A stretch of DNA of 64,000 nucleotides, taken from Octopus bimaculoides (Eukaryota). Within the stretch, counting starts at the first letter, position 1. Each line of letters opens with the position of its first letter. The notes under the pieces were generated by a model that did no database searches, had not been told where the DNA came from, and saw nothing but the letters and a program-made list of their open reading frames with translations. The translations under genes were made by a program, and so were the position numbers. Where the stretch lies: NCBI RefSeq assembly GCF_001194135.2, contig NC_068998.1:5968519-6032518 (forward strand), read 5' to 3'. Shown here piece after piece: positions 1 to 13,138 of this stretch.

Positions 1-663
1 CTTGAGAAATGCATGAACGTCACACAGTCTCATTTCGCTTCGTTTATATTATAAACGCGAAGTGTGTGTGTGTGTGTGAACGGAAGAAATTATCTTTGTT
101 GAAATTTAATCACTTCAAATGGTTTCTTCTGACAAAATAGATTTCAGTGGTTTTTATTGTTTATAAGATAGACATTTTTGGTAAATGTGTTGGTATTTGG
201 TCTTCTGGTGTATCTCCCTTTTTTCATTTTATTTATTGCATTTTGTTAGGGGGGATGGGTAAGGTGAGATCGGGGCTGGATGTCTATCTATCTATCTTAA
301 CTGTCTATCTATTTATCTATCTATCTATCTATTTTAACTGTCTCTCTGTCTCTATCTATCTATCTATTTATTTATCTATCTATCTATCTGTGTGTGTGTG
401 TCTTATTCTATCTTTCTATCTCTGTCTCTCTGTCTCTGTTTACCTCTATTTCCGTGTCTTAACTCGGTATATCTATCTGCCTCTTCTTTCCTCGTTTTCT
501 TATCACCCACATTCAATCTTCGTTACCATCATCATCATCATCATCTTCACAACCGCCACTACCATCAGTCATCATCATCATCATCATCATCATCAATCTC
601 ATCATCATGCACCGCAGCTGCCCTAGTTCTTTCGCCTACCTCAAGTCTTTTCTTTTCCTCTCT

Positions 664-710
<47 letters not shown>

Positions 711-905
711 CCCATCACTATTTTGAGCTTTTGTGTTGTCAAGCCGTCAAAAGCTTGCAGTCCTCCTTTTACGATAGTCAGAAAGTCACAGCATTCTGAG
801 ATGGTTCTCTCTTCTCTCTTCTATGTGTTATGTATTCCGTGTTAAGTTTGACGTTTGATTGTATCATTATGTATGCTTTTTGCTGACTCTTCTTTCCTAC
901 CACGC
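1..905 (+). promoter_or_regulatory. CpG-retaining region; candidate promoter or non-coding first exon of the WAVE gene
   Basis: About 19 CpG by hand count, visibly denser than the following 2 kb. Donor-like sites at TTG|GTAAAT (181), TGG|GTAAGG (259) and AAG|GTGAGA (264). Flanked by TATC, CAT and CT microsatellites. Confidence 0.3.
280..706. repeat. Compound microsatellite (TATC)n, (CAT)n, (CT)n
   Basis: Directly visible; source of ORFs 147-626 and 392-799. Confidence 0.95.
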
Positions 906-929
906 CCCTCCCCCCTCCCCATCTCTCCT

Positions 930-939
930 NNNNNNNNNN
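930..939. other. Assembly gap (10 N)
   Basis: N characters. Confidence 1.
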
Positions 940-3619
940 GATGTCACATGAATTGAATTTTTATGTTTAGAAATTATGTAATTAATTAATATCAGAAAGG
1001 AATTTTATTCTCGCTTCTGAGGTGGTTGAAGAAATCAGGAACATGACCACCACTAAAATAGAGGTCAACCTCTGGCACGCCAAGTCCACACGTCCTGTTT
1101 TTCTTTTTTTTCTTTTTTTTTTTCTTCTTTTTCTTCTATTGTCCTGTTCTAGCTATTTTGTATTTCTCTTCTTTATCTCACTGATATTATACTAGCAAGG
1201 TATGAAATTCATAACCTGCTATTTATGTAGGTTTCTTTGGAAAAAAGATTCCAAGCCTCAGTTCTATGTTGAAATCAAAATTAATGTAGGTACCGTGGAG
1301 TGGCAGAGCTTTGGATGAAAATACCTGATGGAATCTAATTTTTACAGCCTTACCTGTCCAAGTTTTTGACTCAAATCTTGCTAAGATTAACGTTGCTTCT
1401 TCTGATGGGGATTTGGGGGTTAATAATGTAATTATCAGGTATGTGTTACAATCAATTTGCCCTCTTAAATGTGTGACCTTGTGCCATTATGACTTATTAT
1501 TATAGCACAGTGGCTAGCAGAACAATATGAGAAACCTTGTGCTGTCTGTTAGAATCAGAAGAGTGATGGTAAAAATTTTTTGTGGTGGATGGTAGGATTG
1601 GGTAAGCAATGGCAAAGAAGCTGGTGGAATTGGTAGAGCAATAGAGGAGTTTTTCTTACGGGTGGCAAAATTGGTACGATGAAGCAGAAAATAGAAGTTG
1701 CCTTCAGTTATGTTTGTGTTTTAAGTTCAAATCCCAGTGGTTCAATTTTTTGCTTTTTATTGTTTGCTGGTCAATTTGTCCCATTCAACTTCTTGCGTTG
1801 ATCTGTTCCATCCCACCCACCTATCTCTTGTCAATTTTATCTGTTAGAAAAATTATTTTATTGTAAAAGTCGAAAAACTACTTTAAAATGTGGATCTGAA
1901 TTGTTTCTGTGTCTCAATATGTCTACTGTTGAGTTCAGTCTGTTTCAATGAAATCAGTATCAATGACCTTATATTTAGAAGTCTGTACACACCCTCTTAT
2001 TTATAGGAATACCGGCATTGTGCTTTACAGATGAAAAATAAGATTTTAAAAAATTATTTTCTGATTGACAACAGGTGTGTTGTTTTTCTCTAGAATTACA
2101 AATTTATGCAGCTTGTCAATGTTGTTGGAGTTTGTCTCTGATTGTGTGTGTGGCGAAAATCTGGTGCATGTTGAAGAGAAATTGCTTTTTAAATTTGTAA
2201 TAATACACTACATTATAAACATCACACTTGTCATGACTGATGACATATCCTGCTAAATTTAGCTACAGGATAATTCTTTCTCATTTTTACCAACATTGGG
2301 AAACAACTGACATGTATGTACATACATGCATGCATTTCTGTCTAGTGATTGTGTCAGAACAGTCTCATAAGCTGATGTTGGTGAGTTTTTTAAATTTTTT
2401 CAAAATTTTTCAGTCTTTGTTTTTGGTTTATGTGGCTTTGGTAGGCCTATTGGCTCTTTTTTTTGTTTTCTCTTTGCACCCAACGCACTGGTGATGCAGT
2501 TACTATGGTGTAATCTCACTCGGATCTAACTACGAAACCAGATTTTTGCATTTCTATTATGATGGTCCAGGAAGGAATGTCAGCTGTGATGATATGGATG
2601 TTCTAAGGCTCTCACACACTAAATATAAGGATAGAAATAATGAATTTAATATTCTTCTTCAAGGATATCTGCAGGAAAAAATTGTGAGCAACAGAGAAAG
2701 GAATTTTTGTGGATCAGCTTGGAAAAAGGATTTCTTTCTCTGGGTGAGAAAAGGAAGTGAAAGCATATAAGGTTTCTATGTGTTTTGTGCCCGGATTTGC
2801 TGTTTCATGGCTGTGACATTGGGAAAGCAAATCTATTCCCAGGTCTTCTGTATCTTTATCGACATAGACTTCAGATTTTCCTTTTTGTCTTGAAAGTAGA
2901 GCAGGGAACTTAACCAAATACAGACTTTCAGCTCCTTCTGTGTACAGGATTTGCATGGGTGTTTTTTTTTTGTTTTTTTTTTCATTTAATTTATAGACCT
3001 CTGTAGCCCCCATTATGTGATCCTTCTAGTCTATTTGTATGGAGTTCAAGCAATCAGGAGAAAGGTTTTCTGCTGCTAAGTGAGACAGACTGTCATGAGT
3101 AACTGTAATTACAGGAGAATCGAAGTCATCAGAGCAAGCTAACATTATATGCTAATTGCATGGGAGTCGCTTCATTGGAGAATTCCAACATTATGTGCTA
3201 CTCCTTTAGAAATGGACAAACTTGCTGCTGACAACTAAATATTTTATCCATGAATATATCACTCCACCTGTAGACAATATATGAACCACAGAATATTCAG
3301 ATGGTTTTTAAGAAACCTGTCGACTCAGCCATACATTTCTCTACACTTGTGTATTGCTGTTTCATTCTATATCTCACTTTCAAATCCAATGGCTCTGGAT
3401 TTGACTAAAGCCCTGTGAGGAGTACTCAGTAGTTTTTCTCACAAGATGGGAAACTATTTCAAGAGTTATTGGATCCATGTCACTTAATAACACTTATTGG
3501 TAACATGTCATTGCCATGTCAAATAATAGGCTGCACTATAACCCATGATATAAAACTGTTACTCTATCAGCCCTTCCTTGAAAAGTATCATAATAGTATT
3601 TGGTGAAACATACTTTTCT

Positions 3620-3841
3620 TTAACCATTTAGCATTTATATGGGCCATATCAGGCCCAAATATTCTTCTTTTGTGTTCAAACTGGTCAAATCTGGCCTCTT
3701 ACACCTACCTACAATGTCATTCAGAAATAAATAATCATACCTTTGATGTCTCAAAGCCATGAAATAATGCTGCATTAATTCAAAACAATGTGAATAAATA
3801 AGCATTACATTTGACAGTAATCTGAATGTCTTGGAAGTTAA
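3620..3841. mobile_element. TTAA-flanked (piggyBac-like) MITE
   Basis: Ends ttaaccatttagcattta and tctgaatgtcttggaagttaa. Interior is homologous to 11650-11793, which ends aatctgaatgccaaaaggttaa. Confidence 0.6.
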
Positions 3842-5395
3842 ACAGTAATTCAGATTTTGATAACATCTTGGATATCTTACAGAAAATTATAATCTCCACT
3901 ATGGCCTTGTAACTTGCATTCTCTGTTGTGTGTGTGTGTGTGTGTGTATTTATCATTTTTACATCTATTTTAAAATTCTAGCATGGATTAGACAAAACTT
4001 TTGAAGCAGCTCTCTCTACAGCTGGCTGCTCTTTCACTAATCTTTACTTGTTTTCTTCAGTAGTGATACCTTTTTCATTCCATTGGTCATCACATGTTTA
4101 CTGGTGAAAGTAAATACTGGTGAATAATACATCATTGTCTTGCACTTTGACGGTGCTGTCACCTGTCACTGCGTGACAACTGGTGTTGGTATGTTTACAT
4201 CCCCATAACTTAGTGGTTTTGCAATAGAGATGATGGAATGAGTACCAGGCTTAAAAACAAGAAAAAATATTGTGGTTGATGCATTTGACTAAGAATCACC
4301 TTTTGCATTAGCATTGCATGACAGCTGTAAATGAGTACCACTCTCGTACAAGGGAGCTCTTTCATTTCTAATCTTCTATGAAAGCATGTCTAGTCATTGG
4401 GAAAGGTTAACTTGCTTGGAAACTGGCAAGGGTTGATGGCAGGAAGGGCATCCAGCTATAGGAAATGCACCTCAACAAATTCTGTTCAACCCATGCGAAC
4501 ATGAAATGAAAAAGTTAATGCTAAGATGATGATGATCTATCTATTCAAGTTGTTTGAAAGTGCAATAGAGGTAGTAGGCTTTGAGTTAGAAATTATATTC
4601 AGATCTATGTGGCAGGTAAGTTCTTTTGAGAGGAATGCTTATCTGAATTCAGTGTTACTTTTTTCTATATCAGGGTTAACAGGATTTTAGGTGTGGCCCA
4701 TAGCATTATCAATTACCAACAATACCATGTTTCTTTGTAGTATCTTTTCATTGCTGGACAAAAATATTATACAAATCACTGGGAAATTTTCAATTTTTCC
4801 CCAGAACCTTGTTTCATTTGCAAATCACAGACACACTTGTCTTTCATAGCCACCTTTATTAATTGTAACATTTCTGAATGCTAACAAAGGCTGTGTATTT
4901 GTGTGGGCATACATTATCGTCTCTGTCCTTTTTATCTCTTAAGATGTAGGCTATGTGCAAAGGAGATTTGGGTGCTGAACCAACCATGTAAAAGTTTCCT
5001 TGTCCTCATTATATAGTGTCCACTTTTCATTGCTTGCATGGATCAGATGGAATTTGTTGAGGCAGATTTTCTGTGACCGGATGTCCTTGCTCTTGCTAAC
5101 CCTCTCCTGTTTCCCAGGCAAGGTAATATTTCCCATGGTCAGACATTCTACACAGAAGACTGGAAACAAACATTCTCATTTACAACTATCAAAACAAAAG
5201 GTACACACAAACGTACATGTGCGTGTACACACACACACACATTCAATTTCGATCTGCCAAATTCACTTGCAAGGGTTTTGTTTGCCCATGGCTATATAAT
5301 GGATAATTTTCCTAGGTTCTGTGCAAGCTTTTTAATCACATAATAAATCAAAATGACATATTGATTTATATAAGTACTTCTTGATGTTACTCAAG

Positions 5396-5617
5396 TTAAC
5401 CATTTTGGCACCACTAACAATGGCTGAGTCTACTTCTGGTTCATTGATGCAAAGTGCCTGATTTTAAAATTCTACATGATTATTTTGAAGAAGAAATTTT
5501 TGAAGTCTGATTTCAGACACCAACTTAATAGAGTAATTTATTTTACTATACCTCTCCGGATGTTTGATTATTTTTATAGTTAATTGAAACAGAAAAATAG
5601 TTACAAAAGGGTTTTAA
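5396..5617. mobile_element. TTAA-flanked MITE, second family
   Basis: Left ttaaccattttg, right ttacaaaagggttttaa. Similar termini occur at 38640, 55973 and 62274. Confidence 0.45.
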
Positions 5618-6589
5618 AAGCTAATTGGAATGGGTCAGCTTGTGTTAAATGTCGGTGGATATCAGGCTTTTGCTCGTTTTACATCAGTTTTTCAACACTA
5701 GTGTGGGTTAATCGATTATATTATTGAGATACTGTTTTGTAGCCAGATGCCCTTCTCAGTTTTCCCCGTGTCTTTGAAGATGGTGAACCAATGACTGATC
5801 AATTGACAGGAGAAATGGCAGCATCATTGCCTGTGGTGAAATGATTCTTTGTTAAGTACACATGTAAACAAATAAGCACACACTCTCAAACAGGCATATC
5901 TGTGTACATTATCATTTTGTCATCCACTTTCCCATTTTTACATGGGTAGGACAGAGTTTATTACATCTGGTTTTCTACAGCTTGATGCCCTTCCTATTAT
6001 GAACCCTTGCCTGTTTCCAAGCGAAATAATATTTTCCCATGGCTCTGTTTTTGGGAAATATTGGAAATGAATGACAACTTGTATGATAGTAACCCCTTTA
6101 CAACTCTCCCTCTCTCTCTCTGCTTCCATCTATAAAATCCATTCATAATGACTTTGGTCAGTGTGGAGCCAGAAGAAAGTTGACAACACTGCTGCTCAGC
6201 AGGACTAAATCCAAAGCCATATGGTTGGGATGCTAATTTCTTAACGATGCTTTTATACCTGTGCCAGGCTACTGTGAAAATTATTGTTTACATTTTTTCT
6301 TGCATGAGTTGAAGGCTGAATTATGTCCTCAAAGTTTTTACTGAATGTTTATTGCTATATTTGATTGATCCAACCTGTTAGATACACCCCTTCTCAAATC
6401 ACAACTATAAATTAAAGGGGTCGTTCAAAGTGCACATGATCACATACATCTACACACACACACACACACACAGAGGCTCATTCATGTGTGTGTGTGTGTG
6501 TGTGTGTGAGTGTATACATGCTTTTCCATATGTGCAATTATGTTTTCGGTCACTAAAGTGCATCTAGGTTCATTTCTGCACAGATGCAG

Positions 6590-6830
6590 CTGCTTACTCA
6601 CTGGATTACACTGCACTGTCTTATGCTGTACTTGCTCACTGGCTAAACTCACAGATTTACAGGCATTACTCGCAGGATTACGCTACATTCACTCACCGGC
6701 TTATGTGCACTCACACGCAGGCTCGCAGGCTCTTACTTGCAGAATTACACTGCACTCAGTCTTAAATGCACTCCCAGGCTTACTGGCATTTACAGGTTTT
6801 ACAAGCACTTACTGGCTTACATGCATCTCT
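6590..6830. repeat. Degenerate minisatellite built from actcac/aggctt-like short units
   Basis: Recurrent cactcac..gctta / actggc / ttacagg motifs. It explains the overlapping spurious ORFs at 6510-7037. Confidence 0.6.
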
Positions 6831-8055
6831 TTTTATGCACCCACACAAACATGTGCACACTTACCCCCACACACTCAAAATTATCCTGTCTCAAGTGCTC
6901 ATGCATGCAGTTATTCACTTCTTATCTACTCCTCAACGATATGCTGTTATATCCACTTACATAGATTTACATACAAATATAATCCTTTTCATTTCGATAC
7001 CAAACATGGCAGCATTAGTGTAATTATTGTACATTAACGTGAAATTGCTTTAAATGGCCGTGGTAAATCTGGGTCCTCAACAATTTGCACCTCTCAAGCC
7101 AACAGGTCTCCAAGGTCTACAGTTAGAATATTTGCTGCTGCCAGCAATGTTTTCACTCTTGGTCGGCTTCACCCAGGCTTGCATCTGTGGTTTCCATGCT
7201 CATTGATGGCCTTGATTTACTCTCGAACTTGGAACAGGTGAAATAGACCACTCGTCTTTTGATTGGAGGCAGCCATACGTTGCATCCATTGTGATGCAAC
7301 AGATGCACTGTTGCAAGTGGGCCACTTTAGGTAAGCAGAAGTGGTGATGTAGGATGTAATGTGTGTATATCTTCATCATCAAATCACTTGCCGAAGGTGT
7401 CATGCAATAATTTATCTAAAAGTGCATCAACAGCTTATTCTAGGAGTGTATTGTCTTAACAACTTTGTGCTGTGGTATATTATACCATCTTCCACTATTT
7501 CTTTTTTTATACCTCATATCTTTGTGTCTGTGTTGATGGATAGTTTTAAGTGAACTGTTAGAGGAAGTATTTTTCATTAATTGGATTGTAACAGCTGTTT
7601 TTGTTAGACCAAGAAGGAACACCATAGTTTTTTTCTTTTTCTTTTTTCAAACACCCTCTCATTGGAAATGTTGGAATTACAGTATGGTAGTGAGTGTTTG
7701 TAAGGTTTTTTTTTTTTTAATATTTAGCTAGACAAGGGAACCAAGCCATTTAATCCTGCTGGTGTTTTTGTAGCTCTTAGGGAGAGAGAATAGGAACATT
7801 GTTGATTTGTAAGTTCAGAAGAGTGAAACATTGTACTGTTTCAGCTAATTTTATTCAATGATGGTACAAGACACTTAAATGCTCTGATGTTTTGACCTTG
7901 TTACATGTAATACGTAAACAAAAAGTGAAAAAACATTTTTGAATTTGTGTATTTTTGGTTGTGAGATGAGATTCCTTTCATTCATTTGTGATGAGTTGAT
8001 GAACATGCACCCTTCCCGCTAAGGTGGTGAATTTAGAAAGTGTTGTTGATAGAAG

Positions 8056-8511
8056 NNNNNNNNNNNNNNNNNNNNNNNNNNNNNNNNNNNNNNNNNNNNN
8101 NNNNNNNNNNNNNNNNNNNNNNNNNNNNNNNNNNNNNNNNNNNNNNNNNNNNNNNNNNNNNNNNNNNNNNNNNNNNNNNNNNNNNNNNNNNNNNNNNNNN
8201 NNNNNNNNNNNNNNNNNNNNNNNNNNNNNNNNNNNNNNNNNNNNNNNNNNNNNNNNNNNNNNNNNNNNNNNNNNNNNNNNNNNNNNNNNNNNNNNNNNNN
8301 NNNNNNNNNNNNNNNNNNNNNNNNNNNNNNNNNNNNNNNNNNNNNNNNNNNNNNNNNNNNNNNNNNNNNNNNNNNNNNNNNNNNNNNNNNNNNNNNNNNN
8401 NNNNNNNNNNNNNNNNNNNNNNNNNNNNNNNNNNNNNNNNNNNNNNNNNNNNNNNNNNNNNNNNNNNNNNNNNNNNNNNNNNNNNNNNNNNNNNNNNNNN
8501 NNNNNNNNNNN
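8056..8511. other. Assembly gap (N run)
   Basis: N characters; right side begins with (CT)n. Confidence 1.
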
Positions 8512-8544
<33 letters not shown>

Positions 8545-8833
8545 GTATGTGTGTGTGTGGGTACATACCCATTGTATTGTGGGCTTCCATACGGTTTCCA
8601 TCTACCAATTTCACTCACATGGCATTTGTTAGTCTGAGGCTACAGCAGAAAACCCTTAACTAAGGTACTATGCACTAAAATAGAACTTAAGATTCCATGG
8701 CAAGAAATTGAACTCTGTATTTACACAACCTTACTTATTTTTCACCACCAGCAAACGAAAATAAAAGCTCATAATAACAGGATTTGAATTTTGGGCAGTA
8801 AGGTACTAAATTGGATGCAAGCAGTAAAACATG

Positions 8834-9597
8834 TACAAGGTGCATTTCAGAAGTTTTGAGGCTTTTCAGGTGAGACATTAATTTCAAATAAGTACAAAAC
8901 CCTAATCTTGTTCGAAGTAGGATCTTCTGGCTTCACAGTGCTCTTGTGTAATGCTCCAACCACTCTACAAAGGCCTCATGGAAGTCCTTCCATGTGAAGG
9001 TGTGTCACTGCTCCTTCAGCTTGAGGAATAACTTACAGTCATAGGGAGAAAGGTCTGGACTGTAGAATTGATGAGGGACAGTTTCGATGCCATCTCTGTC
9101 AAATAGTTGGTTATCAGGATGGAATTGTGGACTAGTGCATTGTCCTTGTGCTGGTGCCACCAACCCTAATGGTGGTGCCTTGGCCTTTTCTGGTAAAATC
9201 TCTTCCTGAACAGCTTTGAAACACCCACAAGATACTCTTTGTTGACCCTCTGGCCAGACGGACTCCAATAAATGTAGATGATCCCTTTGCTGTTGAAAAG
9301 GGGATCACCATAGGACTCTTGGACTTACTTTGCCAAGTTCCCTTGCGTCAGTGTAAAACAGATGCTTGGCTGATACAAGTTAATCCATAAGCAGTCTTGA
9401 GCATTTCATAAGTTTCTATAGTATTTTTATCTGGTTTAACTCCTAACCTTATTTAATAGTCAGCTTCCAAATTGTCTTCACACCTGACTGCAAACTAGTC
9501 AGCTGTGACAAGCAGTGTTTAACAGGGCGTGTTCAAAGGTCTGCTACAGATGTCTCCTTCAATCTGAAATAACAAAAGTTAGCAGGTCAGTAATGTA
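8834..9597 (-). mobile_element. Internally deleted mariner (Tc1/mariner, DD34D-type) transposon relic
   Basis: Minus-strand frames give TIETYEMLKTAYG (N-terminal HTH region), KDNALVHNSILITNYL (second catalytic D region) and PHQFYSPDLSPYDCKLFLKLKE (YSPDL motif). Frameshifts and a large internal deletion are present. TA-bounded ends resemble each other only partly. Confidence 0.85.
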
Positions 9598-9636
9598 TAA
9601 TAATGATATAATAAAATTTGAATAATTGAGGACATA

Positions 9637-9808
9637 GGTGCAGGCGTGGCTGTGTGGTAAGAAGCTTGCTTCCCAACCATATGGTTCCAGGTTCAGTTCC
9701 ACTGCGTGGCACCTTGGTCAAGTGTCTTCTACTCTAGCCTTGGGCTGACCAAAGCCTTGTGAGTGGATTTGGTTGATGGAAACTGAAAGAAGCCTGCTGT
9801 ATTTATAC

Positions 9809-9842
<34 letters not shown>

Positions 9843-10044
9843 TTGTGTCTGTCTCTACCATCGCTTGACAACTGATGTTGGTGTGTTTACGTCCCCCATA
9901 ACTTAGCGGTTCGGCAAAAGTGACTGATAGAATAAGTACCAGGTTTACGAAGAATAAGTCCAGGTGTCGATTTCTTCAACTAAAAGCCACTGCTCCAGCA
10001 TGTCCACAATCAAAATGACTGAAACAAGTAAAAAAGTAAAAGAG
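9637..10044 (+). mobile_element. Full-length tRNA-derived SINE (abundant family, internal TA/TG microsatellite)
   Basis: Head caggcgtggctgtgtggtaagaagcttgcttcccaacc...ggttcag, body gtgagtggatttgg, 3' part gtccccataacttagcggttcggcaaaag...gactgaaacaagtaaaa. Homologous copies occur elsewhere in the window. Confidence 0.85.
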
Positions 10045-11649
10045 AGAACAGTTATAACTGCCTCTCCCAAAAAAGTTTTAAAACTTCTGGAACGCACCTC
10101 GTATATTTTAGTGTCTTAGATGGCCGTCATCCTTAGATTCTTCCTCATTATTGCCGGTTAATATAGGATTGGTGCTAGAAGTAGGAATTTATAAAGGAAA
10201 ATAGTGTACATGGGCTTGGTAATAATAGATATCATACCACTTTTAATTAGCATTATTACTTACTATGTAATAGTAGTTACTGTGTCTTATTAACTTAACC
10301 GTTTACACCCTTCCAGTCTCTGATAACCTCATTGAGATCTACCACATTCTTCAGTGAGAAATAACTACAAAGGCCAGGCTTCCTCTTCATAGCCTGAAAA
10401 TACTTGACTCTTGGTCTATTGCTAACACTTCAGAAAGTATAAATAAGATTTACAGTACTATATAGTACTATTGACATATCTAGTATATATGTTCATTCCA
10501 TGATTTTCTGCAGTTTTTCCAGACTTTTGCTAGTATGGATTAAAGGGACTGATTTACTCTTTACTTGGCTAAAGACATGCTTATCTGTGTTAACATCTGT
10601 CAGCGGAGTCAACAAAGAAGTCTCTGTCTCTGGTCGATTGATTTGTTGGAAAAAGCAGTCAAGTCAGTGCATAAAGGGGCAAAATATTTCATTTGTTTAT
10701 TGTCCGTTTTTCAATACTAGTATGAGTTAGCTGTGATTATTTAAGGCAGCATTTTGAGACTGGATGCCCTTCCTGTTGCAAACCCTTGACTGGTTTTCAA
10801 GTATGGGATCTTTTATTCTGTCAGTGTTTGAAATCACAAAGCAACCAGTAGTAATATATACAAAGAATGTCAACATTCACATGTGTGCGCACACACACAC
10901 ACACACACGCACACGCACACAGGCACATGAGTGCACGATGAGCTTCTATACAGTTTTCATCAATAGTGCCATGACATGTACATGCACATGCATACTGAAA
11001 CAATAGCTCTTACGAGGCTATGCATTTGCTAATAGCTGTGTATATTCTTTTATGTTGATAAAAATTTCGCTCCTTTCCATGAACCAAACCCAGAGTGTTA
11101 ACTTTACAAGACCTGGTTTGCAATAGAGGAAAATTGCTAAATAGTACTTAGAACAGCAACAATAATACTACAGAAATACTTGAAGTTGTTGTACTTGGTG
11201 TCTATGATAGTAGGAGGGGAAACTGAGATAAAGGAAATAGCGTAGGCTGATTAACAATGTGTACTTCAAGTTTGCCGTGTCAGCCAAACCGCTTGTGATG
11301 GTTTTTATTTTTATGACAAAGAATTATTAGAAATTCATTGGAACTTTTTTGATAAGCAGTATTATGTTTTATTTCAGTTAATCAAAAACTGGGTTTCTTT
11401 GTGCTGAAAATAAATATAATGTAAAATTGAGTAGAATGTATCTAGTAGGATGTAAATACATTAATGTGCTTGTTTCATACTCTCCTTAACTCTCTTGTGA
11501 GGAAGTTGGGCATGTTATTTGCATGAATTGTTGGAGCTTAAATGTTTTAGTTTCCTAAGCTTTCTCAAAGGTTTCATAAGGGAATGGTAGCAGCTTCGGC
11601 ACAGACTGGTGTAATATGTGTGATTTACCTATTGTATTTGGTGGCATAA

Positions 11650-11793
11650 AAGATGCACAGACATGTTAGATGCACACAAAAGGTAGTCACATCATCAAAA
11701 TCTCAAAGCTGCAATATAATGCATGATTAATTGAAAACAGTGTGGATGAATAAGTATTAATTTGATATAAAAATCTGAATGCCAAAAGGTTAA
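11650..11793. mobile_element. 3' part of the same TTAA-flanked MITE family as 3620-3841
   Basis: Shared tctcaaagc...ataatgc...ttaatt.aaaaca.tgtg.at.aataag.atta and tctgaatg...gttaa end. Confidence 0.55.
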
Positions 11794-11802
11794 ACTCTAT
11801 AA

Positions 11803-11976
11803 CATTGGGGAAAGAAACCTGGCTGTTTCTTGCAATAAATACATCCTAATCAAAATTTTTCATGGGCCCTTAAAATACCACTGTGGCTCTCCAGCTTGTT
11901 ATTTTGCTTGCATGGACCCCATCAAAATTTTATATGAACCCTTAGGGGTCATTTGGGCCACAGTTGAGAACTACTG
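11803..11976. mobile_element. Partial hAT MITE
   Basis: Right end cagttgagaactactg is a reverse-complemented CAGT.GTTCTCAAC hAT TIR. The left TIR and TSD are not convincing. Confidence 0.45.
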
Positions 11977-12734
11977 GTGTAAACGAATGTCCTTCATTTC
12001 TAATCTTCTGTGAAAATGTCTGGTCATGGAGAAATATTACCTTATTTGGAAACAGGTGAGGGTTGATGACAGAAGGAGTATCTGGCCATCGAACATGTCA
12101 CAACCAATTCTGTCTGACCCATGCGAATATGGAAAAGTGGCTGTTGAAAGCAATATTGATGATAATTCTCAAAGACAGTATTTTTAACAGAAATACGGTA
12201 ACAAAAGGATAAAGTGATGGCAGGAAAATAAGGGGCAGATATGTTGTTGGTTCTTTTTAATATCATTACCATTTGAAAGATTTAAAATGGATTATGCTTG
12301 ATTTTAAATTTTGGTTTACTTTTTGATAACCTCGTTAAGTTGGATAGGCTTAACATTCCTCTCTTGAGGCTTTTCAACATTTTTTCTTAGACTTTATTAA
12401 TTAGATTTGAAGTGACTTAATAAAGTAATTTTTTTTTATATATATAATATATTGTGCGAAACAGCCATGTTTATCAAGGACAGCTGTGATATAATGTACA
12501 CTTGATTTAAGTAATCTGTAAATTATGAACAGAAATTTCTATAAATTAATTTTAAGAACAACATTAACTGTAAAAGTCTTGCTGGTCTTGGGGTGTGGGT
12601 ATGTGATGGCATTGATACAGTTCTTTCTGCAAACCAATTGCAAAAACATTTTCCCTTATTCCTTTGACTTTTTAAAGGTTTAAAATTGAAATGGAAAAAT
12701 AATTATATTTTCTTTAGATTCTTATAAAAGTCAC

Positions 12735-13138
12735 AGATGCAGCTTTGTGGTTAACAAGCTTGCTTCTCAACCATGTGATCTTGGATTCAGTCCCACTGTG
12801 CAGCACCTTGGGCAAGTGTCTTCTGTTTTTTTGCGCCAGGCTGACCAAAGCTTTGTGAGTGGATTTGCTAGACAGAAACTAAAACGAAGCCCGTCACATA
12901 TATTATGTGTGTTTGAGTGTACCAGTGTCTTGACATCATGTGAGAGTTGTAAACGGGCATCATTCATACAAGTCTTGTTGTTCCATTGGAAACCTCTCTG
13001 GCCATGGAAAAATATTACCTCGCTTGAAAACAAGTGAGGGTTTAGCAACAGGGAGAGCACCCGTCTGTAGAAAATCTGCCCGCACAAATTCTGTCTGATC
13101 ATGTAAGCATGGAAAAGTGAACATTAAATAATAATGAC
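12735..13138 (+). mobile_element. tRNA-derived SINE with 9637-type head and body but an RTE-type 3' tail
   Basis: Head and body align to 9637-9800. The 3' part (gtctgtagaaaatctgcc...tctgtctgatcatgtaagcatggaaaagtgaacattaaa) aligns to the RTE tail at 23642-23781. Confidence 0.75.

Noticed and set aside
147-799. ORFs of 159 aa and 135 aa with poly-H, poly-S and poly-I runs
   Set aside because: They are translations of TATC, CAT and CT microsatellites, with no domain signal.
6510-7037. 175-aa ORF and overlapping ORFs
   Set aside because: They lie over a degenerate minisatellite open in several frames, with low-complexity composition.
7978-8663. Long ORFs spanning N runs (also 33260-34106 and 41294-41518)
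   Set aside because: Artefacts of assembly gaps.
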